NCBI GenBank assembly: GCA_963730275.1
Contig: CAVSRI010000031.1
Location: 323 to 64,322, forward strand
Reading direction: 5' to 3'
Length of the DNA stretch: 64,000 nucleotides
Source of the DNA: an uncultured delta proteobacterium
GTDB taxonomy: Bacteria; Desulfobacterota; Syntrophia; Syntrophales; Smithellaceae
The notes beneath the pieces were generated by a model, which worked only from the letters and a program-made list of their open reading frames with translations, made no database searches and had not been told where the DNA came from. Both the position numbers and the translations under genes were made by a program. How positions within the stretch are numbered: the stretch's first letter is position 1; each line of letters opens with the position of its first letter. This document shows positions 32,289 through 41,949 of the stretch, in pieces.

Positions 32289-32572
32289 TGCTCCCTCCTA
32301 ATTCGTCTGGTTGAAAAAATTAATAATACTGGGCAATCTAATCATACGAAAAATATACATCTAAAATGACATTGATACAAGGGGAAAGGACTGTTTCGGT
32401 TTTCGTACCATAAATTCAGAGCGTTGCGAACAGGGATGAAGCAAAGATAGATACAAGGATTAGCTGGATTTTAAGAAATCGGCAGAGGCATTAATATTAA
32501 TTCTTTGACCTAATCCCGCGCTAATGTTAATGCACATTCATCAAAATCAAGTATTGGAGTTACAAAATAACT

Positions 32573-33490
32573 ATGCTGAATTTTTTGCCGCCTCTGGTGC
32601 TGGGGATAGTTGCCTCGCTGCTTTTTGGTTTGAATGTTATGTTTTGGCCGATGCTCGTGTTTGGGTTTTCCATTTTGAAATTTCTCTTACCGTTTTCGCC
32701 CTTACGCCGTCTGCTTGACAGGATTTTACTGTGGCTCGCGGAAAACTGGATTTCGTGCAACAGCGGCTGGATGCGCCTGACCCAAAAGACTAAATGGGAT
32801 GTGCAGGGACTGGAAGGGTTGAATTATCACGGCTGGTATCTGGTCATCAGCAATCACCAGTCCTGGGTAGATATTTTTGTAATGCAGCATCTGTTGAACC
32901 GGCGCATTCCTTTGATGAAATTTTTTCTGAAACAAGAACTTATCTGGGTGCCGGTGATGGGCATTGCCTGGTGGGCGCTGGATTTTCCTTTCCTGCGCCG
33001 TCACGGTGTCGAATATTTAAAAAAGCATCCCGAACAAAAAGGCAAAGATTTCGCCACAATGCGTCTGGCTTGCGAGAAGTTTGCGCATGCCCCGACCAGC
33101 GTGATGAATTTTCTTGAAGGTACTCGTTTTTCTAAGGCAAAGCACACCCGGCAACAGTCACCATACAAACATCTTTTGCGCCCGAAAGCCGGCGGAATGG
33201 CGCTGGCTTTAGATGTGCTCGGTGAAAAGTTTCATTCCCTGTTAAATATTACGATAGTTTACCCCGACGGCATTCCGACATTCTGGATGTTTCTCTGCGG
33301 CAAGGTCAAGAAAGTAATTGTGCGCTTTCAAGCAATGGAAGTGCCCAAACAGCTTCTGCACGGCGATTATGCCGCCGATAATGATTTTCGTATTACATTT
33401 CACCGGTGGGTGCATCAGTTATGGCAAGAGAAAGATCAGCAGATCCAATTGCTGATGAAAGAAGTAATCGGCGCTCCAAGAATACCTTAA
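32573..33490 (+). CDS. Lysophospholipid acyltransferase family protein (YihG-like)
   Basis: HX4D motif NHQSWVD and EGTRF motif. Confidence 0.75.
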   Translation: MLNFLPPLVLGIVASLLFGLNVMFWPMLVFGFSILKFLLPFSPLRRLLDRILLWLAENWISCNSGWMRLTQKTKWDVQGLEGLNYHGWYLVISNHQSWVDIFVMQHLLNRRIPLMKFFLKQELIWVPVMGIAWWALDFPFLRRHGVEYLKKHPEQKGKDFATMRLACEKFAHAPTSVMNFLEGTRFSKAKHTRQQSPYKHLLRPKAGGMALALDVLGEKFHSLLNITIVYPDGIPTFWMFLCGKVKKVIVRFQAMEVPKQLLHGDYAADNDFRITFHRWVHQLWQEKDQQIQLLMKEVIGAPRIP

Positions 33491-35205
33491 TGATATTGTC
33501 CGGCTCTAGCTTCCACCCGGAGTGATTTTTTATCAATTTTCCCCACCATTGTCAAAGGCAGCTCTTTGCGGAATTCGATTATTTTAGGAACTTCATAAGG
33601 GGCAAGTTTTTCTATGGCCATTTTTATGATATCGGCCTTCAAGGCTTCTTCATTTTTTCCAAAATCGTATCCGGGAGTCTTAGTCAGGTAAGCCTTCACC
33701 AGCTCGGAACCGGGACGTTTGGGGTTGGGGATACCGATTGTGGCGGCGCTTTCTATCGCCGGGTGCTTTGTCAATACATCCTCCACTTTTTTGGAAAATA
33801 CCTTGAATCCGCTGATGATGATCATGTCCTTGGTGCGATCGACGAGACGCAAATAACCGTCTTCATCCTGGACGGCGATGTCTCCGGTATGTAGATAACC
33901 ATTATCGTCGATGATCTGCCTGGTCTCTTCGGGATTTTTATAATACCCGACCATCACTTGGGGCCCTTTAACACAAATCTCTCCGGGTTCGCCTTGCGCT
34001 ACCTTTTCACCGGTAATCGGATCCACCAAGATAATGTCTGTATTGATTATGGGCAGTCCGATAGTTCCCAGCTTCCGTAGTCCTTTCGACGGATTCATGG
34101 TGGTAATCGGCGAGGTTTCGGTCATCCCGTAAACTTCGAGCAACTTTCCTTTGCCGACGATGCTCTCCAGAATTTCCTGTGATTCTTCCGGGAAAGGCGC
34201 CGCGGAAGAGATGCAGGCCTGTAGCCGGGAATGATCGAGAGTCTTGAAGAGCGGATTGGCTATCAGCATCTGATAAAGAGAAGGCACGTTCACCAGATGG
34301 GTCGGTTTGTGTTTGCGAATTTCCTTGCAGATATGATTCGTGTCTCTGGGGTTGGGAATGAGAATTTGCGGCCATCCCAGATAGATGGCGTTGGCCGCGA
34401 AAAATGTGCCGGCAATGTGAAAGAAGGGAAATCCGGAAAGCGCTATCCCTTTGCCTTTTTCCCAGCCGAGCCACTTTTGCGCGATAAGCAAGTCGGCTAC
34501 GGAATTCCTATGGGAAATCATGGCGCCTTTGGGCATTCCCGTGGTACCGCCGGTATATTGAATATAGGCGATATCATCGGGAACCACTTTTACTTCCGGA
34601 GGTGCATCCGAGTATCTTTGGGGACAAATAGTCTCTTTAAAATGCAACACGTATTTGCCGGCAAGCGCTGTGACTTTGCCCCGCGGGATTTTTTTCAAAA
34701 GTTTTCCCAGGATGCGCTTGATGCGCGGCATGAATCCACCCACGTTGGCCGCGACCACGAGTTTTAGTTCATGAAGTTTGGAAGATATATGGATAAGCCT
34801 TCTGGCAAAGATAGCATCCAGAGTTACCAAGCCGCGGGCGTCGGAATCTTTGAGCTGATGTTCCATCTCCTCTGTGGATAGGAGAGGGGAAAGGCCGGAA
34901 GCCACGCAACCTGCTTTCAAAGTTCCCAGCCAGGCGATAATATATTCGGGAATATTCGGAAGATTTATTCCTACCACATCCCCTTTTTTGAAGCCGTGAG
35001 CAATCAGCATATTGGCAAAGCGGTTGGCATAACAATCCAGCTCGGCTAACTTTACTTTCATGCCCATAAAGCTAAAGGCTAACTGCTGGGGGAATTTTTC
35101 AAAAGTCTCCTTAATTGCGTCGACATAGCTTGTTTCCCACTCTTTCGGATCAAGGTCAGTAAGACCTGCGTCATAAGACAAGCGCCAGAACTGTTCATTT
35201 TTCAT
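33487..35205 (-). CDS. Long-chain fatty acid-CoA ligase (AMP-binding)
   Basis: YTGGTTGMPKGA and GYLHTGDIA..DEDGYLRLVDRTKD. RBS ggagtgg precedes ATG 35205; the ORF track start at 35283 is probably too early. Confidence 0.9.
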   Translation of the reverse strand: MKNEQFWRLSYDAGLTDLDPKEWETSYVDAIKETFEKFPQQLAFSFMGMKVKLAELDCYANRFANMLIAHGFKKGDVVGINLPNIPEYIIAWLGTLKAGCVASGLSPLLSTEEMEHQLKDSDARGLVTLDAIFARRLIHISSKLHELKLVVAANVGGFMPRIKRILGKLLKKIPRGKVTALAGKYVLHFKETICPQRYSDAPPEVKVVPDDIAYIQYTGGTTGMPKGAMISHRNSVADLLIAQKWLGWEKGKGIALSGFPFFHIAGTFFAANAIYLGWPQILIPNPRDTNHICKEIRKHKPTHLVNVPSLYQMLIANPLFKTLDHSRLQACISSAAPFPEESQEILESIVGKGKLLEVYGMTETSPITTMNPSKGLRKLGTIGLPIINTDIILVDPITGEKVAQGEPGEICVKGPQVMVGYYKNPEETRQIIDDNGYLHTGDIAVQDEDGYLRLVDRTKDMIIISGFKVFSKKVEDVLTKHPAIESAATIGIPNPKRPGSELVKAYLTKTPGYDFGKNEEALKADIIKMAIEKLAPYEVPKIIEFRKELPLTMVGKIDKKSLRVEARAGQYH

Positions 35206-35486
35206 TATTCCACTCCAATAATCAAAGATGTTAATGCTAATAGCGCACAGACTGTAGGATATTCGATACCGTATGATAAACAAATCTGCAATCTTTTTTC
35301 TTGCAGCAGCTTTCTGCTTTCATAATTATAAATTTACAGCGTATAGAAATGAATATTCCTATTTGCTGCCAAACAATACGTAATGGAATTTAAGGGGGAT
35401 ACCTTACTTAATTGTGTTCTTATGTCTGTTGGATATATATTAAAGGGGAAAGGAACTATTAACAAATTTTCCAGATAAATAAGAAA

Positions 35487-35512
35487 GCGGTTGGAGACTA
35501 AGCTCCAACCGC
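35487..35512 (-). terminator. Hairpin terminator after the 35641-36180 gene
   Basis: gcggttggag / ctccaaccgc 10-bp stem, T-rich on the minus strand downstream. Confidence 0.5.
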
Positions 35513-35640
35513 CGGAACATCATTAATAATTATTAATAATAAAATGAGGGAAAGACGAACGGTTACTCTCCCCATACAATCGTTCCCCTAAACCTTGTTG
35601 AACTCCTATAAGTCCATAGGGTCACGATTTTAACCTGATA

Positions 35641-36180
35641 TTACTTGAATTTCAATGTGCGGACAATATCCCAGGACGGATCGTCATTTGCTGACTGGTG
35701 AACATCAACACGTATCCACTTCTTGTCCTTAAAGACTGCCAGAACGACCGCCTGTAAAGGCAACCAGTTCTGGTACTTATATTTCAGTAATGTTTCGTTG
35801 GCTTTGGTTCCGTCCTTCAGGGTTATTTGCTTATCCGAGACTATTTGACAATCCTGGCCTTGTTCCGGATCACAGACGAGCTTTTTCCATAGTTTCCCGG
35901 TGTCCGCAAGAGTAGCACCGGTAGGAATTTCCCGCACCTGCACATTAATAACGGGAATGCCGACAGAATTCTTTGCGCTAAACAATACATGATATTGGCT
36001 AACGTTGTCGGGATTATCAATCCAATCGTCGGGATAGGTAACGGAGAAAGCCGGCTTCTGATCATAGGTGAACACTGCCGCCGCAGCTATAGACGGAGAA
36101 AGTGCCGATACCAACATCCAGGCCCCCGCCAGAAACAATATTACCAGCATACTACTTTTCCCTGCTTTGTGTTTCATCAT
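35641..36180 (-). CDS. Secreted hypothetical protein
   Basis: Signal peptide MLVILFLAGAWMLVSALSPSIAAAA. I recognise no motif. Confidence 0.5.
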   Translation of the reverse strand: MMKHKAGKSSMLVILFLAGAWMLVSALSPSIAAAAVFTYDQKPAFSVTYPDDWIDNPDNVSQYHVLFSAKNSVGIPVINVQVREIPTGATLADTGKLWKKLVCDPEQGQDCQIVSDKQITLKDGTKANETLLKYKYQNWLPLQAVVLAVFKDKKWIRVDVHQSANDDPSWDIVRTLKFK

Positions 36181-36438
36181 TTACCTCCTGTTTTTTTATA
36201 GTAGTTCGACTTCTCTATTTATGCTTTATGAAAACCAGCCTTTTTATTGGCCGAGTATATGTAGAAGGCACTTATGTGTCAAGAAAATTAGGTCACAGGA
36301 TATTGTGTACTTAGCCGGGGAGATTCCCTGGTAAAGAGAGGGATTTTCATAGTCGCGGTATGCTGATCCAGCTAATTTCGGGAAGAGTGATCGGATATTT
36401 GCTGGCAAAATATTTTGTAATTATTGTTTGTATTATAT

Positions 36439-37428
36439 TTAGACCTTCATTAAATTTGCTATTCGCTTAATATTTTCTCCGGCTTCTTTAACCATCCGCT
36501 CGATCAGTTCTTTACAGGTGGGAATATCCTTTACCAGTCCGACCGATTGTCCCATCATCATGGGGGCGTCTTCGACATTGCCCAGTTCCCAGGCTTCTTT
36601 TACCTTTTTTCCGGAGATGAGCGGGACAAGTTCTTCGAGGCCGCAGCCCTTTGCTTCCAGAGCTAAAACTTCAGCAACTACCTTGTTTTTAATAGCCCTC
36701 CCCTGCAGGCCGATGGTTTTACAGATAAGAGTGGTCTCGTTTTCCTGCCGCCGGATAAGTTCCTGCTTGATATTTTCATGCACTTCACATTCCTTAGTTG
36801 CCACAAAGCGGGTCGCCATCATCACACCCTGGGCTCCTAAAGCGAGTGCCGCGGCCATGGTGCGTCCATCCGCGATACCGCCCACGGTTACCACCGGAAT
36901 CTTGACTGCTTCTACAATACGCGGCGTAAGCAGCATCGTGGTCACGTCGTCATCAAGCGGATGGCCTCCTTCTTCGATGCCCGCAGCGTAGATGCCGTCA
37001 TAACCAATCTTTTCGGCGTGTACGGCATGGCGCACCGATCCCACTTTATGAAAAAGTTTGATTCCCGCCTTTTTGAGTATGTCGATGAATTCTTTTCCTA
37101 CCGCTTTATCCAGCGGCGTACCGGATATTTCCAAACCCGCCACTTTCTCCTCGGCGCAAACGCGCAAATACATTTTGTGATATTCCGGGGTGATATGTAC
37201 CGAGGGCAGGATGGTCACATTGACCATAAAAGGATTTTTAGTAAGCCTCCTCGTTTCCCTGATGGCGTTGCGGAATTCATCTTCGGTGGCATAATTTCCG
37301 GCGGTCAGATTTCCCATCCCGCCCGCGTTGGATACTGCCGCGCAAAGCCTGGGTTTGCAAAGCCACATCATAGCGCCGCACATAATGGGATATTTGATGC
37401 TAAACATTTCGGTAATTGCTGTTTTCAT
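36439..37428 (-). CDS. NAD(P)H-dependent flavin oxidoreductase, nitronate monooxygenase / FabK-like
   Basis: KYPIMCGAMMW..SNAGGMG and VVTVGGIADGRTMAAALALGAQGVMMATRF. Confidence 0.85.
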   Translation of the reverse strand: MKTAITEMFSIKYPIMCGAMMWLCKPRLCAAVSNAGGMGNLTAGNYATEDEFRNAIRETRRLTKNPFMVNVTILPSVHITPEYHKMYLRVCAEEKVAGLEISGTPLDKAVGKEFIDILKKAGIKLFHKVGSVRHAVHAEKIGYDGIYAAGIEEGGHPLDDDVTTMLLTPRIVEAVKIPVVTVGGIADGRTMAAALALGAQGVMMATRFVATKECEVHENIKQELIRRQENETTLICKTIGLQGRAIKNKVVAEVLALEAKGCGLEELVPLISGKKVKEAWELGNVEDAPMMMGQSVGLVKDIPTCKELIERMVKEAGENIKRIANLMKV

Positions 37429-37486
37429 TTCTTTCCTGCCTCGTTAATGTAAATTGTAATCGCTAATTTTTTGTCTGCCGCGTATA

Positions 37487-38212
37487 TCAATCGGACATAG
37501 TCAGAGAAGAAGTCTCACTTAACATTGATGCCTCCCGGGCATCCATAATTTCAATAATATCCCTGTACAGACGCTTTTTTAACTCCCCGAAAATTCCGCG
37601 CTTCTTCTGAAAAGTTTTGGCAAAAGCTAACGCCTCGGCCATAAGTTCTTCTTTATTGGCGCACGCCTTCAGAATAATATGGTGCGCTTCCAATTCTTGC
37701 GCGGTGTAGCGGTTTCCGGTGAGCTGCATTTCCGATAACTTATCCAGCGGAACGGCCTTTTTGATAAAAGCATTCATGCCGTGCCGGAAAGGAATTCCGA
37801 GGTTTACTTCCGGGAAACAGAAAAATCCGCGATCCGACTTCATAAACCGAAAATCACAGGCGCAGGACATAATCGAGCCGTTGCCGTAGGCATGCCCATT
37901 GATTGCCGCGATTACCGGCACCGGATAAAGAAGTAATTTTTTAAACACGCTATCCATGCCGCTGATGAAATCATTGAGTGGCTGATATTCTTCTTTCTGT
38001 AATTTTGCCAATATCCATTCCACATCTATCCCCTGCGAAAAATTCTTCTCATCATTGGAGGTAATAATCAGGGCGGTTACTACTTTGTCGGCTATTATTT
38101 CATCGAGCATGGCATTTAAGGTTTGGGCAAAGGTGAGATTTTGCTTGTTTTCACCATTGGTCATGGTGAGAATCGCCACGGTTTCGTCTTTGGTCCAGGT
38201 CATTATAGGCAT
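37487..38212 (-). CDS. Enoyl-CoA hydratase/isomerase (crotonase) family protein
   Basis: PVIAAINGHAYGNGSIMSCACDFRFM. Confidence 0.85.
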   Translation of the reverse strand: MPIMTWTKDETVAILTMTNGENKQNLTFAQTLNAMLDEIIADKVVTALIITSNDEKNFSQGIDVEWILAKLQKEEYQPLNDFISGMDSVFKKLLLYPVPVIAAINGHAYGNGSIMSCACDFRFMKSDRGFFCFPEVNLGIPFRHGMNAFIKKAVPLDKLSEMQLTGNRYTAQELEAHHIILKACANKEELMAEALAFAKTFQKKRGIFGELKKRLYRDIIEIMDAREASMLSETSSLTMSD

Positions 38213-38454
38213 ATATTGTTTCTTCCTTTTTTATTTTTTGTTGTTTCCAACATATTAAGGTTATGTTTATAGGTCAAGAAATAAAAATTGCATTTCGTCA
38301 TTCTGGTCGCAGATGACCTTGCGTGACCTTATAGTGACCTTCAGGTTATTTAGGTTATTAGATTACATGTTTTTAGCCGTAATGCAGAAGTTCTTAATCC
38401 ATTTTATCTTTATGGTCTCAGTTCATCTTTGTGGGAGCTGTCTCTCGTTTCCCT

Positions 38455-38600
38455 GACTTATAGATGTTATGGGCTAATATTTTCTTTTAAAAGGGTATTT
38501 TTAAGATTATGCGTATTTTCTTAAAAATACCCTCAAGTGTTTCACCCACTACTATTCAGTGGAGAGCAATTGACAGAATTGAGAATTACAAATCACAATC
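38455..38600 (+). repeat. Composite repeat: palindromic module B (38455-38535) plus hairpin module C (38541-38598)
   Basis: Module B carries agggtatttttaag / cttaaaaataccct, a 14-bp inverted repeat, and recurs inverted at 53941-54015. Module C is gtttcacccactactattcagtggagagcaattgacagaattgagaattac and recurs at 39326-39383. Confidence 0.55.
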
Positions 38601-38753
38601 TGCGTTTGTCGGCGTGTTGGGATTGATTTCTTGTAAACGAGAATGTATAGTAAGCCATCTATCTGGTTAAAAAAATGGACACCGCTGTGAGCTGGGTTGG
38701 TTTCAACACGTAAGACCGGCTCCCATGGCGCTAAATGAGGCAAGATAATCCTG

Positions 38754-39269
38754 ATGAAAAATGTTTTTTGCATCAATCGCCGGCTGGAACCGGGGCAATA
38801 TCGTCTGGAAGAAGTTTTTACGGATATCCACTCCTACGATATTCTGTATACGATCTTTGCCGGAACGGAAGAAATCGATCAGGTCATTGCTCATACCCGG
38901 GTGTTTGTAGTGGACCATTCCTATGAAATGTTTGTGGATAACAAAGACGGTTCCATAATCATTGGTCTGGCGCACCTGCGCACTTCTCCCGACAATATCC
39001 TGTATCTGGACATTATTCACGAGCTCTGCCATGTCCAGCAACTCCGGCAGGGACGAAATCTTTACGATCAGAGTAGAGCTTACGTGGATCGGGATACCGA
39101 AATCGAGGCCTATCTCGTGACCGTACGGGAAGCCCGGCGAATCGGTTTAAACGATGAGGCTATCGCCGATTATCTGCGCGTGGCCTGGCTGACACCCCAA
39201 GAGCATCAACGACTTGCCCGCAGACTGAATGTGATCGTAAACATGCGAGATGATGATCCGAAATCATAA
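38754..39269 (+). CDS. Hypothetical protein with an HExxH motif (putative zinc metallopeptidase)
   Basis: DIIHELCHVQQ with a downstream EIEAY. I recognise no family. Confidence 0.5.
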   Translation: MKNVFCINRRLEPGQYRLEEVFTDIHSYDILYTIFAGTEEIDQVIAHTRVFVVDHSYEMFVDNKDGSIIIGLAHLRTSPDNILYLDIIHELCHVQQLRQGRNLYDQSRAYVDRDTEIEAYLVTVREARRIGLNDEAIADYLRVAWLTPQEHQRLARRLNVIVNMRDDDPKS

Positions 39270-39325
39270 CTCGCTTCAATGCCGCGTTTTCACCTGAAGA
39301 TGGCAATTTATTTTTTGTTTGTTTC

Positions 39326-39385
39326 ACCTACTGCTGTTTAGTAGCGGGCAGTTGTCAGAATTGAGGATTACGGGTGGAAAGAGAG
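39326..39385 (+). repeat. Hairpin module C, second copy
   Basis: gtttcacctactgctgtttagtagcgggcagttgtcagaattgaggattac is about 78 percent identical to 38541-38598 by eye. Confidence 0.5.
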
Positions 39386-39442
39386 TAACGCAAGGGATCA
39401 CGGGGAGCGGCGGAGTTTGCAGCGATCCAGTGGAGTAATTCG

Positions 39443-40123
39443 TTATGTGTTCAATTCCAATATTGCTTTATCTGATTTCTTCTGACCGATCATGAGAAAC
39501 ACGGTAAATTGCCTCATTTCTCCATTGAGAGTTGGTTTCACTACTTCTGCGGCGGACATATCCTGGACATTATCAAATCCCGTTTCTGTGAAAGTCTTGC
39601 GCAGTATTGCCCGATCAAATCCGAAGTGAAATACGCCGTCATTATTGCTGTGAAACTTACCACCGTCTAAATCCAGATCAGCGATACACAAAGTACCGGA
39701 AGGACGTAAAACCTGATGGAGCAGTTTCAACAGAGGCCCGATCTCTTTGATATGATGCAAAGTCATACTGCTGACGATAAGATGATAGGAACCATTCAGA
39801 ACATCACCCTTGTCCAGATCAAGGTAATTGGCTTTTACATTGCTCAAGTTTTGTTCTTTGATCTTTGTTTTAAAAACATCGAGCATTCCCTGGGAACTAT
39901 CCACACCGGTTATGGAATGGACAAAAGGCTGTAAGGCAAATGTCAGAAGCCCAGTGCCACAACCGAAATCCAGAACGTCCATATCTGGCATCAAGGTTAA
40001 CTCCCGGATCATGCTGTGAGCGATATCCTGAGCCACTTTTATACGTCCAGGAACCTGATCCCAGTTGGCGGCTTCCTGATCGAAATTGCGTTTTTTAGTA
40101 TTTATCTCATTTTCTCCAGACAT
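39443..40123 (-). CDS. Class I SAM-dependent methyltransferase
   Basis: VLDFGCGTGLLT motif I. Confidence 0.8.
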   Translation of the reverse strand: MSGENEINTKKRNFDQEAANWDQVPGRIKVAQDIAHSMIRELTLMPDMDVLDFGCGTGLLTFALQPFVHSITGVDSSQGMLDVFKTKIKEQNLSNVKANYLDLDKGDVLNGSYHLIVSSMTLHHIKEIGPLLKLLHQVLRPSGTLCIADLDLDGGKFHSNNDGVFHFGFDRAILRKTFTETGFDNVQDMSAAEVVKPTLNGEMRQFTVFLMIGQKKSDKAILELNT

Positions 40124-40234
40124 TTAATAATGCTCCGCCCATTCACCGTGTTTTGACGATAGAGACATTATTGCAAAAATACAAGAACAATCATTTGTTC
40201 ATCTGGAATTTCTCGAGCAGAAAAAATTTAGTCC

Positions 40235-40263
40235 TTGACAAGTTATGAGCATATGCTTATAAT
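40235..40263 (+). promoter_or_regulatory. Consensus sigma-70 promoter
   Basis: TTGACA, 17-nt spacer, TATAAT, both perfect hexamers. The spacer contains the palindrome agcatatgct. Confidence 0.65.
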
Positions 40264-40288
40264 CCTTAAAAAGGAGTAATAAAGACAA

Positions 40289-40636
40289 ATGCCACGACCT
40301 AAGTGCTGCCGTCATATTTGCGGCATTCCGGATAAAAACTATTTCAAGCCACGGGGAATACCCACAGTGGATCTCGAGGAGGTTCTTCTAGGCCTTGATG
40401 AATTTGAAGCAATTCGTCTAGCGGATTACGAACATTTATATCAGGAAGAGGCAGCAACCAGAATGAATGTTTCCCGCCAGACATTCGGCAGGATCATCGA
40501 AGCGGCGCACAAAAAGATTGCCGATGTGCTGATAAATGGCAAAGCGCTGAAAATTGAGGGCGGCGAAGTTGCTTTTGATGAAACAAAGCCGTGCGACCAC
40601 GGAAAAGGGCGCAGAGCAAAAAAAGATATTCAATAA
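40289..40636 (+). CDS. DUF134 (UPF0251) putative DNA-binding protein
   Basis: MPRPKCCRHICGIPDKNYFKPRGIP...LDEFEAIRLADYEHLYQEEAATRMNVSRQTFGRI. Confidence 0.8.
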   Translation: MPRPKCCRHICGIPDKNYFKPRGIPTVDLEEVLLGLDEFEAIRLADYEHLYQEEAATRMNVSRQTFGRIIEAAHKKIADVLINGKALKIEGGEVAFDETKPCDHGKGRRAKKDIQ

Positions 40637-40656
40637 TAATTATAAAGGAAAATTTT

Positions 40657-41019
40657 ATGAAAATCGCACTACCATCCCGTCAGAACCAGATTGACGAACA
40701 CTTCGGACACTGTGAACACTTTACGGTATTCACCATTGACGGCCAGAAAAAAATAACAGCGGAAGAAAAGATTGCTTCACCCGTTGGTTGTGGCTGCAAA
40801 TCTAATATAGCCCAGACACTTGCCGAAAAAGGCGTAAAACTCATGCTGGCTGGCAACATGGGACAAGGAGCCGTTACTGTATTAAACAGCCATGGCATTG
40901 ATGTTTTGCGCGGATGTTCAGGCGATGTGAAAGCCGTTGCTGAAAACTGGCTTTCAGGCAACCTGGAAGATTCGGGTATCGCCTGTGCTCAGCATCAACA
41001 CAATTGCCACGAACACTAA
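40657..41019 (+). CDS. NifB/NifX-family FeMo-cofactor-binding-domain protein
   Basis: MKIALPS...IDEHFGHCEHFTVFTI...GVKLMLAGNMGQGA. Start is taken at the internal Met. Confidence 0.8.
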   Translation: MKIALPSRQNQIDEHFGHCEHFTVFTIDGQKKITAEEKIASPVGCGCKSNIAQTLAEKGVKLMLAGNMGQGAVTVLNSHGIDVLRGCSGDVKAVAENWLSGNLEDSGIACAQHQHNCHEH

Positions 41020-41085
41020 GATAACGCTGTAGGTTGACCTCTTTAGTGGAGGCGATAGACTGAAGGTGCAAGAAACAAGTATGAG

Positions 41086-41140
41086 CGCCCGTTTCATTTT
41101 CAATCGGAGTCCAGACTGGGATGAAACGGGCGTTTATTTT
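41086..41140. terminator. Bidirectional terminator between convergent genes
   Basis: cgcccgtttcat / atgaaacgggcg perfect 12-bp stem followed by tttatttt. Confidence 0.65.
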
Positions 41141-41156
41141 GCTGCAGTAATTAGTT

Positions 41157-41363
41157 TCACTTTGATTTGCCTATCGTGGAAATTTTGAAAGGGAGATACA
41201 GAGGGCAAAAACCGATCAAGCTCGTTATTATAAACACTAGCGCTAGGATGCCCAGGATGATCGCTGCAACGCCTGTAATGTTGCCGGTCAGATAGAGAAC
41301 TATAACAACAATGGCCAAAAGTATTCTAATAATTCTATCTATTGTTCCCATGTTCTTTTTCAT
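41157..41363 (-). CDS. DUF2892 (YgaP C-terminal-like) small membrane protein
   Basis: GTIDRIIRILLAIVVIVL...SLIGFCPLY. Confidence 0.7.
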   Translation of the reverse strand: MKKNMGTIDRIIRILLAIVVIVLYLTGNITGVAAIILGILALVFIITSLIGFCPLYLPFKISTIGKSK

Positions 41364-41575
41364 ATGTTTCTCCTTTTTTTAACCCGATAAATAAGAAAAA
41401 TAATCATAAACGACTTGCGGGACATTGCTTATATTTCAGTAAATACCTATCCGTTACAAGATTGCACAACTAAATGAACGGGTATTTTTTATCACTAATA
41501 CATCCTTCAGACAATATAATTCTGTTACCGAATTAACAAGCTGGTTCAACCAACTCGCATTATTTTACAAACTCC

Positions 41576-41618
41576 TTGACAGAGAGGATTAGTACGTTTA
41601 GTATACCCTAGGGGGTAT
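41576..41618 (+). promoter_or_regulatory. Sigma-70 promoter plus CsoR-family operator
   Basis: TTGACA (41576-41581), 17-nt spacer, TAGTAT (41599-41604). Palindrome ATACCC-TAG-GGGGTAT at 41603-41618 ends 2 nt before the regulator ATG. Confidence 0.65.
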
Positions 41619-41620
41619 AT

Positions 41621-41884
41621 ATGAATCCAGAAAGAAAAAAGGTTTCCAACCGCCTGCGGCGGATTGAGGGGCAAATTCGAGGACTTCAGCGTTTAATTGA
41701 GGAAGGAGCACCTTGCATTGATATTTTAACCCAGGTATCGGCGGTTACATCCGCCATTAAGAAAACTGGGGGCGCCATATTTTCCAATTACATGAAAACA
41801 TGTGTAGAGGAATCCGCAGGCAATCCGAATAAATTGCACGAAGATTTTCGTGCTGCATTATCCATGTTTATTGATTTATCTTGA
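41621..41884 (+). CDS. CsoR/RcnR-family (DUF156) metal- or persulfide-sensing repressor, CstR-like Cys/Cys fingerprint
   Basis: RLRRIEGQIRGLQRLIEEGAPCIDILTQ...NYMKTCVEE. There are two Cys, and Tyr rather than His sits four residues before the second Cys. Confidence 0.85.
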   Translation: MNPERKKVSNRLRRIEGQIRGLQRLIEEGAPCIDILTQVSAVTSAIKKTGGAIFSNYMKTCVEESAGNPNKLHEDFRAALSMFIDLS

Positions 41885-41949
41885 GCAGTTATTTCTTCAT
41901 AAAATTGCTTTATCATTTATCGTCTCGCTTATCGGCGAAAGGATAGAGT

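Noticed and set aside
38541-39363. The GTTTCAC...ATTGACAG units of about 37 nt look like CRISPR repeats.
   Set aside because: There are only two copies, about 785 bp apart, with a 171-aa ORF between them. They are 78 percent rather than near-100 percent identical, and there are no cas genes. This is not a CRISPR array.
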